DNA of 32,000 nucleotides. It comes from Vibrio alginolyticus NBRC 15630 = ATCC 17749 (GTDB taxonomy: Bacteria > Pseudomonadota > Gammaproteobacteria > Enterobacterales > Vibrionaceae). The stretch covers positions 660,001-692,000 of the forward strand of contig NC_022359.1 in NCBI RefSeq assembly GCF_000354175.2. Direction: 5' to 3'. Made by a program: the position numbers and the translations under genes. The notes beneath the pieces were generated by a model that was not told where the DNA came from, ran no database searches, and was given only the letters and a program-made list of their open reading frames with translations. Within the stretch, counting starts at the first letter, position 1. Every line of letters begins with the position of its first letter. Shown piece by piece: positions 1-8,602 of this stretch.

Positions 1-140
1 GTGGTTAATTACCGGTTTGGATGAATCGAGACGCTTGGCAATTTGTGGCTTATATGGGGCTAATACTTGATACTGCGTTTGAATATCGACAGCATTTGGT
101 TTTGCCTGGCATGTGAATGGAAGGTAGGACAGAAAGGCAA

Positions 141-193
141 TAAAATAAAAAGGCCTACAGTACTCAGCCGAGATGGCGACTGAATCTGTAGGC
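141..193 (-). terminator. Rho-independent terminator downstream of flgN
   Basis: On the minus-strand RNA, GCCUACAG (193-186) pairs with CUGUAGGC (160-153). An inner 7-bp stem (183-177 with 170-164) has one position that is G.U only in the minus-strand RNA. A U-rich tract follows (complement of 152-141 = CUUUUUAUUUUA). The hairpin starts 15 nt after the flgN stop codon. Confidence 0.7.
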
Positions 194-207
194 AAGACGA
201 ACATCGT

Positions 208-645
208 TTAGAACGATTTATCTTCATAAGTGTGTTGCACAGGTTGTTTGAGTTGACTGACCAACTCATGGAACGCCGCAGAGCTGTGGCCATTGCTCTG
301 ATTGTATTGTTGGCACTGACTTACCAACGTTTCCAATAGCGCCCATTGTTTTCTAGCTTGCATACCTATTTGGGCAGGCAAAGCGTTGAAAATTCGTTTT
401 ACGCTGGCGTCATTACACGCTAACCCCAGCGCTCGCATACACTGGCTTCTGTCATTGGCGGAGCGGCTGAGTTTATTGAGTATCGGCATTTGTTTCTGAA
501 CATTGTCGTTCAGTGCCTCTCCATCAAACTTTAAGTACAATACCTTTTGCTGCTGAAGCAAAGGAAGCAGTTGTTGATAAAGCTTAATATCCTCAGATAT
601 AGAGCGAACAAATTGTTGAATTCGCTGCGATACTGCGCTTGCCAT
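208..645 (-). CDS. flgN: Flagellar export chaperone FlgN (lateral-type cluster)
   Basis: 145-aa helical, Q/L-rich ORF placed 20 nt downstream of flgM in the conserved flgA-flgM-flgN order. A terminator follows it. The call rests on size, position and composition, not on a strong motif. Confidence 0.75.
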   Translation of the reverse strand: MASAVSQRIQQFVRSISEDIKLYQQLLPLLQQQKVLYLKFDGEALNDNVQKQMPILNKLSRSANDRSQCMRALGLACNDASVKRIFNALPAQIGMQARKQWALLETLVSQCQQYNQSNGHSSAAFHELVSQLKQPVQHTYEDKSF

Positions 646-665
646 GATGTCTTCCTAGCGTTTTA

Positions 666-947
666 TTACTCGTGACCTGTATGGAACTGCATGATTGCCT
701 TGGATAGCACTTTTGTATCTAGGCTAAGTTCACCACGCGCTAATGCGTTGCGTACTTGTTCTACTTTTTCCATATCAACATCAGGTAGTGATGCCATTTC
801 AGCTTGAGCGCGATCTATCGCTACGGTATTCGCTTGAAATGCAGGCTCGTGTACTTTGCTCTGTTCGACGACGTCGACAGGCTGTTTGCTTGCTTGCTGT
901 AATTTTGTTTGTGGGACATGACCGCCCGCGACTTTGTCGATTTTCAT
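666..947 (-). CDS. flgM: Anti-sigma-28 factor FlgM
   Basis: 93-aa ORF with GAGGA 8 nt upstream of the ATG. The N-terminus is disordered and the C-terminal helical segment (VEQVRNALARGELSLDTKVLSKAIMQFH) is typical of FlgM. It lies between flgA and flgN. Confidence 0.85.
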   Translation of the reverse strand: MKIDKVAGGHVPQTKLQQASKQPVDVVEQSKVHEPAFQANTVAIDRAQAEMASLPDVDMEKVEQVRNALARGELSLDTKVLSKAIMQFHTGHE

Positions 948-980
948 GCTGTGGTCCTCATCATCATGTTCTAAATTAAG

Positions 981-1007
981 TAGGCGGTTAGAATGTGATA
1001 AACATTA
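981..1007 (-). promoter_or_regulatory. Candidate sigma28-type promoter for flgM-flgN
   Basis: The minus strand reads TAATGTTT-N11-ACCGCCTA. Against the enterobacterial sigma28 consensus TAAAGTTT-N11-GCCGATAA this is 7/8 at -35 and only 4/8 at -10. It sits about 35 nt upstream of the flgM ATG. The match is weak and the lateral sigma factor may prefer a different -10. Confidence 0.3.
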
Positions 1008-1082
1008 AATATTTTTTTGTACTCGAAGTTCAGTGTTACTGACGAGAGCCAAAATTAAAAAATGTTACCCCGAGTCAAAAAA

Positions 1083-1880
1083 TCAAAATTGAGTATGAAC
1101 CTGGTTTAATCCAGTTACGACTGCTCTTATGACCTTGCCCGAACTTGGGTTTTCCACGTCAATTTGTTGCCCTTTCGCTCCATCTTCTAAGGCGACTCCT
1201 TTTGTGCTGGCACTAAATCCATTTTTGCTCGCAATGACTATGACTTCATTGCCTTTCTCGATTAGAGGTGGGGCCGACAAATTGGATGGATTAACCACTT
1301 GTCCAGCCCTCAAACGACGAGAGGTTTCTAAGCCTACTGCTTGCTCGGGGCGAGTATAAAAATCGTCTTGGCGAGAGATGGTTCGGGTTTCAAGCTTTAT
1401 GTGTTTAGCCGTTACGACTTCATTTCGGCCAACCGTGGTTGTCGCGACCAAAACAGGCAGAGTCAGCGAAGACTTTATCGTAACGTTAATTCGCCATGGT
1501 GATGCGATATTGTCGCAGCTGACTGAGCGCTTGAGGTTACCGACTGGCAACGTGTTGTTGTCACGACCTGTGATAACTAAAGGCGATTGACATTCTGGCA
1601 AGTGATTGGCAGAACCGGGCACCCACATGTCGAAGTCCAGTTTGTACTCCCCCCACTGATTGGAGAGCGCTACGCGATCCACCTCTTGTTCGAAATCCGT
1701 TGCTACAACGGATTTTATCTCTTCAACGCTGAGGGTTTTGTCATTGGTGTTGGCGAATGCTTGTTCTGATGTCAAAGCGAGTAACGTCAGCATTATTGTT
1801 GAGGAAGTGGACACTTTCCTCTTGTTTTTAATGCTTTCCGAGAGCCGGAAGTTTGGCTTCCATCCTTGTTTGTAAGTCAT
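1083..1880 (-). CDS. flgA: Flagellar P-ring assembly chaperone FlgA
   Basis: 265-aa ORF. The N-terminus has a basic stretch (KNKRK), a hydrophobic core (STIMLTLLALTS) and AFA-N, consistent with a signal peptide. The C-terminal segment (IEKGNEVIVIASKNGFSASTKGVALEDGAKGQQIDVENPSSGKVIRAVVTG) is typical of FlgA. It is divergent from flgB. Confidence 0.85.
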   Translation of the reverse strand: MTYKQGWKPNFRLSESIKNKRKVSTSSTIMLTLLALTSEQAFANTNDKTLSVEEIKSVVATDFEQEVDRVALSNQWGEYKLDFDMWVPGSANHLPECQSPLVITGRDNNTLPVGNLKRSVSCDNIASPWRINVTIKSSLTLPVLVATTTVGRNEVVTAKHIKLETRTISRQDDFYTRPEQAVGLETSRRLRAGQVVNPSNLSAPPLIEKGNEVIVIASKNGFSASTKGVALEDGAKGQQIDVENPSSGKVIRAVVTGLNQVHTQF

Positions 1881-1902
1881 TGATATATATAGCTATTTTT
1901 TA

Positions 1903-1918
1903 TGGCACGTATCTTGTT
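1903..1918 (+). promoter_or_regulatory. Sigma54 (-24/-12) promoter upstream of flgB
   Basis: TGGCACG-TATC-TTGTT matches the consensus TGGCACG-N4-TTGCW with correct GG-to-(G)C spacing; the -12 element is GT rather than GC. It lies about 40 nt upstream of the flgB ATG inside the 77-bp flgA/flgB gap. Confidence 0.6.
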
Positions 1919-1957
1919 TGTATGTTGGCGTATTCGAGCCAACTGTAAGGAAGATGC

Positions 1958-2320
1958 ATGGCGATCACATTTGAAAATGCTTTAGGAGTACATCCAGAGG
2001 CACTTAATTTTCGCGTTCAGCGTACCAAAGTCCTCGCCAGTAACCTAGCAAATGTTGACACCCCTGGGTATTTGGCGAAAGACCTAAGTTTCACCACCGT
2101 AATGAACCAAGTAACGGCAGGTGGTGTGAACAAACCGGTGCCAAAGTTCCAGGTTCAGGCCCAATACTCGGTGCCTTACCAGAATAGCAAAAATGGCAAC
2201 ACCGTAGAGCTTGGTGTTGAACAAGCAAAATTCACGCAAAACAACATGGACTTTCAAACTAGCCTGACGTTTCTCAACATGAAATTTAATGGCTTAGCGA
2301 AAGCGATTGAGGGACGTTAA
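1958..2320 (+). CDS. flgB: Flagellar proximal rod protein FlgB
   Basis: 120 aa with an AAGGAAG RBS. It carries the rod-family N-terminal motif (SNLANVDTPGY) and is the first gene of the flgB-L operon. Confidence 0.95.
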   Translation: MAITFENALGVHPEALNFRVQRTKVLASNLANVDTPGYLAKDLSFTTVMNQVTAGGVNKPVPKFQVQAQYSVPYQNSKNGNTVELGVEQAKFTQNNMDFQTSLTFLNMKFNGLAKAIEGR

Positions 2321-2322
2321 TT

Positions 2323-2757
2323 ATGTCATTCACTGATATTTACTCGATCACTGGTTCCGCGATGACAGCACAAACTGTGCGTCTTAATACGGTAGCCAGT
2401 AACTTAGCAAACGCAGATGCAGTATCTGCAAATCCAGAAGATGCTTATAAAGCGCTTAAGCCAGTATTTGCGACTGTGTACCAAAAAACGCAAATGACAA
2501 CAGAAAATGGAGCTTATCCCAATGCAGAAGTTCGCATTGTTGACGTTGTTAAAAATGCTGGAGATGCAGAGAAGCGTTTTGAGCCGAACAACCCACTGGC
2601 TAATGATGAAGGTTATGTGTTTTACCCAGATATTGATGTAGTTGCTGAAATGGCAGACATGATGTCCGCAACACGCAGCTTCGAAACGAATGTTGAAGTA
2701 TTAGCCAATGTAAAAAGTATGCAGCAAGGTCTGCTTAGATTAGGGCAGGGTAGCTAA
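2323..2757 (+). CDS. flgC: Flagellar proximal rod protein FlgC
   Basis: 144 aa. The N-terminus reads VASNLANADA and the C-terminus reads EMADMMSATRSFETNVEVL, both typical of FlgC. It starts 2 nt after the flgB stop. Confidence 0.95.
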   Translation: MSFTDIYSITGSAMTAQTVRLNTVASNLANADAVSANPEDAYKALKPVFATVYQKTQMTTENGAYPNAEVRIVDVVKNAGDAEKRFEPNNPLANDEGYVFYPDIDVVAEMADMMSATRSFETNVEVLANVKSMQQGLLRLGQGS

Positions 2758-3440
2758 TGAGTATTGCACAATACACCCCTTTATCGTCTGACGCTCCAGT
2801 AAATACAAAAACAAAAGACAGCAACGGTATCTCACCAAACCCTAAAGACATGAACAGCGCTTCTTCATTGGAGAATGAGTTTATTTCTTTGATGGTGGCT
2901 CAAATTCAAAACCAAGACCCACTTAATCCCCTTGATGGTACGGAATACGTTGGTCAATTGGCTCAGTTCTCGCAGGTACAAAGTACCGAGAATATGTCTA
3001 AGACAATGCAACAGAGCATGGTGTTACTGGACAACATGCAAGTGCTATCAACAGCGGGCCTTGTTGGGCAAACGGTTTACGTCAATGCGGATGAATTTCA
3101 GCTTGGTGAAGACGTACAAAACGGAAAAATCGAACTCGCTCATAGCTCAAACCAAGTCACGTTAGTTGTTAAAGATGAATTTGGTCAATCAACTAAAGTG
3201 CCACTAGGTGCTCACGGCAAAGGTGACGTCGACTTTTCAATTAATCCTGAAGAACTTGGTCTTAAACCAGGCAAATACTCAGTGGCCGTAGAAGTGCAAG
3301 AAGGGCAAGCAAGTCCAAATGTGCTGATGGCAGGCACTGTTGAGCAAGTGCGCATTCCTAATACCGGTGGCGCAGCATTAGTCAATGTCCATGGCGTTGG
3401 CAACGTTCCTTTCTATCAAATCACTCAGTTTGGTGCTTAA
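2757..3440 (+). CDS. flgD: Flagellar hook capping/assembly protein FlgD
   Basis: 227 aa with the FlgD N-terminal motif FISLMVAQIQNQDPLNPLD. The start overlaps the flgC stop (TAATG). Confidence 0.95.
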   Translation: MSIAQYTPLSSDAPVNTKTKDSNGISPNPKDMNSASSLENEFISLMVAQIQNQDPLNPLDGTEYVGQLAQFSQVQSTENMSKTMQQSMVLLDNMQVLSTAGLVGQTVYVNADEFQLGEDVQNGKIELAHSSNQVTLVVKDEFGQSTKVPLGAHGKGDVDFSINPEELGLKPGKYSVAVEVQEGQASPNVLMAGTVEQVRIPNTGGAALVNVHGVGNVPFYQITQFGA

Positions 3441-3467
3441 CCAAATACGGAAATCAGAGGTCTATTT

Positions 3468-4664
3468 ATGAGTTTTAACATCGCACTAAGTGGTCTGGAC
3501 GCGACCAACACAGAGCTAAACACAATCAGTCACAACATTGCCAACGCATCAACGTATGGTTTTAAAGGTGGCCGCACAGAATTCTCCGCTGTATATAACG
3601 GCATGCAACCTGGTGGTGTGGAAGTCGCGTCAATTTCACAGAACTTCGACAAAGACGGCAGTATCACAGGAACTGGCCGTGCGATGGACCTAGCTATTAA
3701 TGGCGGTGGCTTTTTTGTTACTAAAGATAATATGGGTCAAATGTTGTACACACGTTCAGGTGTGTTCTCAACGGATAAGAACAACTTTGTTACGGCTAAC
3801 AGCGGTGCAAAGCTTCAAGGTTACAGTGTCGATAGCAACAACAACCTAATGACAGGTTCTGTGGGTAATATTCAGGTATCGACTTCCTCACTGAATGCTA
3901 AAGCAACAGACAGCTTAGATTTTGTTGCGAACTTCGACGCAAGCGCGTCTGTTATTGATAAAGCCGTAACGCCATTCAATCCAAAAGATCCAAGCTCATT
4001 TAACTCGTCTTACACAACAAAAGTCTACGACTCACTGGGTAACTCGCACACGGTAACTCAGTACTTTACTAAGACTGCTTCTAACTCGTGGGAAGTGAAC
4101 GTTCAAGTAGATGGCGGTACGACGCCAGTAGCAACTGTGCCTGTAACGTTTGGTAAAGACGGCTCGCTTTCAGCACCAACTGCGCCGTTTAATGTTTCAT
4201 TCCCTGCTGCAGGCGCGAACGCGATGAGTGTAGACATTAACCTGAAAGGCAGCACGCAATTTGGTGCAGCTTTTGGCGTAAGTACTAATAGTCCTAACGG
4301 TTACACATCAGGTGAACTTGCAGGTGTACGCGTTGAAGGTAACGGCATGGTTTACGCGACTTACACTAACGGCCAATCACAGCTACAAGGTCAGGTTGTT
4401 CTTGCTGATTTTGCAAACACACAAGGCTTAGCGAAAGTGAGTGGAACATCATGGACTCAAAGCTTTAGCTCAGGTGCTCCAATTATGGGTGTTCCGGGTT
4501 CAGGTACGATGGGTGACCTAACTCCGGGTGCATTAGAAGGTTCTAACGTTGACTTAACCAGCGAGCTTGTTGCTCTAATGACTGCACAACGCAACTACCA
4601 AGCAAACGCAAAGACAATTTCTACCAGCGACAAGCTTACTCAAGCTTTGTTTAACGCGGTGTAA
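3468..4664 (+). CDS. flgE: Flagellar hook protein FlgE
   Basis: 398 aa. The N-terminus reads MSFNIALSGL...ISHNIANASTYGFK and the C-terminus reads LVALMTAQRNYQANAKTISTSDKL, both hook/rod family termini. Confidence 0.95.
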   Translation: MSFNIALSGLDATNTELNTISHNIANASTYGFKGGRTEFSAVYNGMQPGGVEVASISQNFDKDGSITGTGRAMDLAINGGGFFVTKDNMGQMLYTRSGVFSTDKNNFVTANSGAKLQGYSVDSNNNLMTGSVGNIQVSTSSLNAKATDSLDFVANFDASASVIDKAVTPFNPKDPSSFNSSYTTKVYDSLGNSHTVTQYFTKTASNSWEVNVQVDGGTTPVATVPVTFGKDGSLSAPTAPFNVSFPAAGANAMSVDINLKGSTQFGAAFGVSTNSPNGYTSGELAGVRVEGNGMVYATYTNGQSQLQGQVVLADFANTQGLAKVSGTSWTQSFSSGAPIMGVPGSGTMGDLTPGALEGSNVDLTSELVALMTAQRNYQANAKTISTSDKLTQALFNAV

Positions 4665-4676
4665 TGGGAGTTTTGC

Positions 4677-5408
4677 ATGGATAGTTTGTTATTTACGGCA
4701 ACGTCGGGTGCCAGCCGAGTTCTTAAAGCGCAGCACGTTCGTTCAAACAACTTATCAAATGCTGATACTGCGGGTTTTCGAGCGGATATGGAGCGTGTGC
4801 GTAGTGTAGAGATGCAAGGCCCAGGTTTTGATGGTCGCACTATGGTTGTGACCAACTCTGCCTCAACACGTTTCGACGCTGGCGATATTGTGAAAACAGG
4901 ACGTCCGTTGGACGTTGCGGTTATGGGGGAGGGATATCTCTCTGTAGAAACCCTAGCGGGTAACGAAGCTTACACCCGTGCAGGCAATATTCAGGTCGAT
5001 ACTTTTGGCGCTCTAACAATCAATGGGTTCCCTGTCCTCGGTGACAATGGTCCTTTGGTTGTGCCGGATTATCAAAAGATTGAAATCAGCGAGCGTGGTC
5101 AAGTCTCAGTGATCCCACCAGGTGGCGGCGCAGAAATTGTGGCAGGCACTTTGAAGTTGGTTAAACCGGAAATTAATCAACTGCAAAAAGAGAGTGATAG
5201 CTTGCTGCACAGCGTAGATGGCGTGCCATTCGCGGCAGATGAAACCGTGCAACTCTCTCCTGAGCACATTGAGGGCAGTAACGTATCTGCTATTGATGAA
5301 TTGGTTAGTGTGATGTCGCTGACGCGCAACTTTGAAATGCAAGTTCGCATGATGAAAACGGCGGAAACTCTAGCAAAAGCTGGTAACAAATTAATGGCGG
5401 CGAGCTAA
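4677..5408 (+). CDS. flgF: Flagellar proximal rod protein FlgF
   Basis: 243 aa with rod-family termini (SNNLSNADTAGFR ... LVSVMSLTRNFEMQVRMMK). It lies between flgE and flgG. Confidence 0.9.
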   Translation: MDSLLFTATSGASRVLKAQHVRSNNLSNADTAGFRADMERVRSVEMQGPGFDGRTMVVTNSASTRFDAGDIVKTGRPLDVAVMGEGYLSVETLAGNEAYTRAGNIQVDTFGALTINGFPVLGDNGPLVVPDYQKIEISERGQVSVIPPGGGAEIVAGTLKLVKPEINQLQKESDSLLHSVDGVPFAADETVQLSPEHIEGSNVSAIDELVSVMSLTRNFEMQVRMMKTAETLAKAGNKLMAAS

Positions 5409-5432
5409 GTCTCGCCCCGCAAGGAGTAAAAA

Positions 5433-6218
5433 ATGCATTCAGCATTATGGGTAAGTAAGACAGGCATGGCAGCGCAAGACACGAAGATGACTGCCATTTC
5501 TAACAACCTAGCAAACGTAAACACGGTTGGCTTTAAGCGTGACCGAGTCGTATTTGAAGATCTTTTCTACAGCATTCAGCGTCAACCAGGCGCACAAGTA
5601 GACCAAGTTAACGAACTACCAAGTGGTATTCAGCTAGGTAGCGGTGTTCGCGTTGTTGGCACACAAAAAGTGTTCACGCAAGGTAATACCCAAAACACAA
5701 CGCAAGAGTTGGATCTTGCTGTAATGGGTCAGGGTTTCTTCCAAATAGAAAACTCGGACGGACAGATCATGTATACACGTAATGGTCAGTTCCATCGAAA
5801 CTCAGAAGGCTTAATGGTGAACAGTCAGGGCCTGCCTTTAGAGCCTCAAATCCAGATCCCAGACAATGCGGTCTCTTTCTCTGTGGGTGTTGATGGCACA
5901 GTGACTACAACAACAGCAGACGATCCAACACCTCAGCAGCTTGGTCAAATTACACTTGCAAAATTCATCAATCCAGCCGGCTTAGAGGCCATGGGTGGCA
6001 ACTTATTCCGTGAAACGGAAGCCAGCGGTCCAGCTGATGAGCTGATTGCAGGAGCTGATGGCGCCGGCATTATCAAGCAAGGTGCACTGGAAGGGTCAAA
6101 CGTACAAGTAGTAGAAGAGATGGTCGACATGATCACCACTCAACGTGCGTATGAGATGAATGCGAAAGTGGTCTCTGCTGCAGATGACATGCTGAAGTTT
6201 GTTTCGCAATCAATGTAA
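5433..6218 (+). CDS. flgG: Flagellar distal rod protein FlgG
   Basis: 261 aa. Motifs are MHSALWVSKTGMAAQ, ISNNLANVNTVGFKRDR and the C-terminal MITTQRAYEMNAKV. Confidence 0.95.
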   Translation: MHSALWVSKTGMAAQDTKMTAISNNLANVNTVGFKRDRVVFEDLFYSIQRQPGAQVDQVNELPSGIQLGSGVRVVGTQKVFTQGNTQNTTQELDLAVMGQGFFQIENSDGQIMYTRNGQFHRNSEGLMVNSQGLPLEPQIQIPDNAVSFSVGVDGTVTTTTADDPTPQQLGQITLAKFINPAGLEAMGGNLFRETEASGPADELIAGADGAGIIKQGALEGSNVQVVEEMVDMITTQRAYEMNAKVVSAADDMLKFVSQSM

Positions 6219-6250
6219 GTATGAAATTGGTGATGATGAAGGAAAAAGCA

Positions 6251-6922
6251 ATGAAATGGCTTTCTAAGAGTTGGGCAGTAGCCGCCGTGTTGCTGGTGGG
6301 ATGTGCTGGCCGTCAGGAATTTATTCCGCCTGAGCCGAATGCTGAGGAATATGCACCACCAACGCTCGATTACACGCTGCCGGAAACCCAATCTGGTAGC
6401 CTTTATCGTCACCAATACACGATGACTCTGTTCCAGGATCGTCGTGCTTACCGAGTTGGCGATGTATTAACGGTTCAATTATCAGAAGAAACCTCATCGA
6501 GTAAAAATGCGGGTACTAAGTTCGGTAAAAGTTCAGCAATTAACTTTGTGGCGCCGACCATAGGCACGAAAACTATCGATGAGTTAGGGGTTAGCGTGGA
6601 TGGCAAACGTAACTTCGATGGCAGTGCATCAAGTTCACAAGGCAACAAGCTTCAAGGTGCCATTACGGTAACGGTACACGAAGTATTACCTAATGGCGTA
6701 TTGCGTATCAGCGGTGAAAAATGGCTTCGTCTGAATCAAGGCGACGAGTTTATTCGTCTAACCGGTATCGTCCGTGTGGATGATATTAACCGCAGTAACC
6801 AAGTTTCTTCTCAACGAATTGCTGATGCAAGAATTACCTACGCAGGTCGCGGAGCGCTAGCTGACAGCAACGCAGCCGGGTGGCTAACTCAGTTTTTCAA
6901 CAGCCCATGGGTACCTTTCTAA
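6251..6922 (+). CDS. flgH: Flagellar L-ring lipoprotein FlgH
   Basis: Signal peptide with a lipobox (AVAAVLLVGC), and an L-ring-like body (YRVGDVLTVQLSE...). I prefer the ATG at 6251, which has AAGGA 7 nt upstream. The longer ORF starts at 6221. Confidence 0.9.
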   Translation: MKWLSKSWAVAAVLLVGCAGRQEFIPPEPNAEEYAPPTLDYTLPETQSGSLYRHQYTMTLFQDRRAYRVGDVLTVQLSEETSSSKNAGTKFGKSSAINFVAPTIGTKTIDELGVSVDGKRNFDGSASSSQGNKLQGAITVTVHEVLPNGVLRISGEKWLRLNQGDEFIRLTGIVRVDDINRSNQVSSQRIADARITYAGRGALADSNAAGWLTQFFNSPWVPF

Positions 6923-8043
6923 TGAAGACAATGCAATCTTTCTTTATGTCTCTCCTATTGGTGTTGACCTTGGGACTACCAGGCACTTCACGTGCTGAAG
7001 CGGAAATTCCGATCATGGACTTGGTCGATGTTCGCGGCATTCGAGAAAACCAACTGGTTGGTTATGGTTTGGTAGTTGGCTTAGCCGGCCAAGGTGACCG
7101 AAACCAAGTGAAATTTACCTCTCAATCTATTACCAACATGCTACGTCAGTTTGGGGTTCAAATTGATGACAGTATGAACCCTAAGCTACGAAATGTGGCT
7201 TCTGTGAGTGTGACAGCGTCCGTTGACCCAATGGCAGGCCCAGGACAAACGTTGGATGTGGTTGTGTCTTCAATCGGTGATGCAAAGAGCCTTCGCGGTG
7301 GTACGTTATTGCTAACGCCTTTACGTGGTATTGATGGCGAAGTGTACGCGATTGCGCAAGGTAACGTGGTTGTGGGCGGCTTATCTGCAGAGGGGCGAAG
7401 TGGCTCCAAAGTAGAAGTAAACACACCAACGGCGGGTCGCGTTCCGAATGGTGCGACTTTAGAGAGAGAAATCAAAACCGATTTCAACCAACGTGATGAA
7501 ATCACCCTAAACCTGCGCAAGCCTAGCTTCACTACAGCAAAAAATATTGCGCGTGAAATTAACAACACTTTTGGACCTAACGTTGCAGTTGCGATCAATA
7601 AAGCGCGCATTGATATGCGTGCACCAAAAGATACACAGCAGCGTGTCGTCATGATGTCGATGCTTGAAGAAATGAGCGTCGTTGAAGGCCGTAAACCTGC
7701 TCGTATTGTCTTTAACTCTCGCACTGGCACCGTAGTGATCGGTAAGAGTGTCAAAGTGAGTGAAGCAGCAGTAAGTCACGGTAACTTGACCGTGCGAATT
7801 TCTGAATCACAACAAGTTAGTCAGCCTAATGCGTTTGCAAATGGCGATACGAAAGTCGTTAACCAAACGGACCTTGATGTGAATGAAGATCTCGCTCAGA
7901 TGGTGATTTGGCCTCCAGGCACGGAACTTAACACCATAGTTAATGCGGTAAATAGTTTAGGTGCCACGCCTACAGACTTGATGTCTATCCTGCAAGCTTT
8001 GAGTGAAGCGGGTGCATTGAACGCTGAATTGGTCGTGATATAA
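6922..8043 (+). CDS. flgI: Flagellar P-ring protein FlgI
   Basis: The start at 6922 overlaps the flgH stop (TAATG) and gives the signal peptide MKTMQSFFMSLLLVLTLGLPGTSRAEA. The P-ring motif IRENQLVGYGLVVGLAGQGD follows. The track ORF start at 6880 lies inside flgH and is not used. Confidence 0.95.
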   Translation: MKTMQSFFMSLLLVLTLGLPGTSRAEAEIPIMDLVDVRGIRENQLVGYGLVVGLAGQGDRNQVKFTSQSITNMLRQFGVQIDDSMNPKLRNVASVSVTASVDPMAGPGQTLDVVVSSIGDAKSLRGGTLLLTPLRGIDGEVYAIAQGNVVVGGLSAEGRSGSKVEVNTPTAGRVPNGATLEREIKTDFNQRDEITLNLRKPSFTTAKNIAREINNTFGPNVAVAINKARIDMRAPKDTQQRVVMMSMLEEMSVVEGRKPARIVFNSRTGTVVIGKSVKVSEAAVSHGNLTVRISESQQVSQPNAFANGDTKVVNQTDLDVNEDLAQMVIWPPGTELNTIVNAVNSLGATPTDLMSILQALSEAGALNAELVVI

Positions 8044-8053
8044 GGAGTTAAGG

Positions 8054-8602
8054 ATGAAGCTAGACAGTACCAATGAACAAACTCAGTTAAATTCGATGCT
8101 TTATCACGACAATAGTGCATTGGCTAACATCAAGCATAGTCGTGATCAAGAAGGCGCACTTGAAGTCGTCGCAGGTCAATTTGAGGCAATGTTCCTACAA
8201 ATGGTGTTACGCCAAATGCGCAGCAGTAGTGATGCTCTTGCTGATAAAGACAGCCCGTTCGCCAGTCAGCAACAAGGGGTATTCCGTGATATGTATGACG
8301 GTCAGCTGGCGATGGAACTAGCAAAGAAACAGAGCTCAGGCATTGCCAATATGCTCATCCAGCAGCTGAGCCCGTCTATGCGTGAGGTTGCTTTCGATGC
8401 TGCGCGCAACATCTCATCCGCTAACGATGGTAAAGCTTCGAATTCTGAATCTATCTCACAAGTAGATTCTAAAGAGGTGGAGAAGAATTCAAGCCTATTT
8501 AATACCGCTTCTCAAGCCGTCGCCTCTGTTAAACAGGTATTCGGTGAGGCCGGTATGACTACCGCGTTTTCTCAGCCGTTGATCAGAAAAATGGAGCTGT
8601 AA
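8054..8602 (+). CDS. flgJ: Single-domain FlgJ (rod-binding/rod-cap domain only, no muramidase domain)
   Basis: 182 aa with a strong RBS (TAAGGAG). The rod-binding motif AGQFEAMFLQMVLRQMR...GVFRDMYDGQLAMELAK is present. The C-terminal ~80 aa is low-complexity S/A/N-rich. The stop abuts the flgK ATG (TAAATG), so there is no room for a glucosaminidase domain. Confidence 0.8.
   Translation: MKLDSTNEQTQLNSMLYHDNSALANIKHSRDQEGALEVVAGQFEAMFLQMVLRQMRSSSDALADKDSPFASQQQGVFRDMYDGQLAMELAKKQSSGIANMLIQQLSPSMREVAFDAARNISSANDGKASNSESISQVDSKEVEKNSSLFNTASQAVASVKQVFGEAGMTTAFSQPLIRKMEL

Noticed and set aside
1-293. Two candidate minus-strand ORFs: the track ORF 60-293, and an untracked ORF starting at the ATG at 204-202, 3 nt after the flgN stop and open to base 1.
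   Set aside because: Both run straight through the flgN terminator hairpin and U-tract (141-193). Neither shows a protein-like motif. ORF 60-293 also overlaps flgN out of frame. Bases 1-140 could instead hold the last 22 codons of a plus-strand gene ending at 70, which I cannot support either.
1926-1940. A minus-strand sigma54-like element TGGCTC-N5-CGCC that would serve flgA.
   Set aside because: The GG-to-GC spacing is 9 nt rather than 10 and the -12 region is poor, so it was not called.
6880-6921. Extended N-termini suggested by the ORF track: flgI at 6880, groES at 19991, the VOC gene at 23932, flgH at 6221.
   Set aside because: The extensions overlap the upstream gene or lack an RBS. 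Internal ATGs have good SD spacing and give canonical N-termini (signal peptides, or MKIRPL for GroES).
7158-7754. 198-aa ORF antisense to flgI, with the similar antisense ORFs 7181-7429 and 7507-7779.
   Set aside because: It lies entirely inside the well-supported flgI CDS. It has no RBS or motif, and its composition (R/S/T/L-rich) is typical of the shadow frame of a real gene.
8500-8602. A possible sigma28 promoter for flgK inside the 3' end of flgJ (GCCGTTGA at about 8573-8580).
   Set aside because: The -10-like octamer has no acceptable -35 (TAAAGTTT-like) element at the right spacing.
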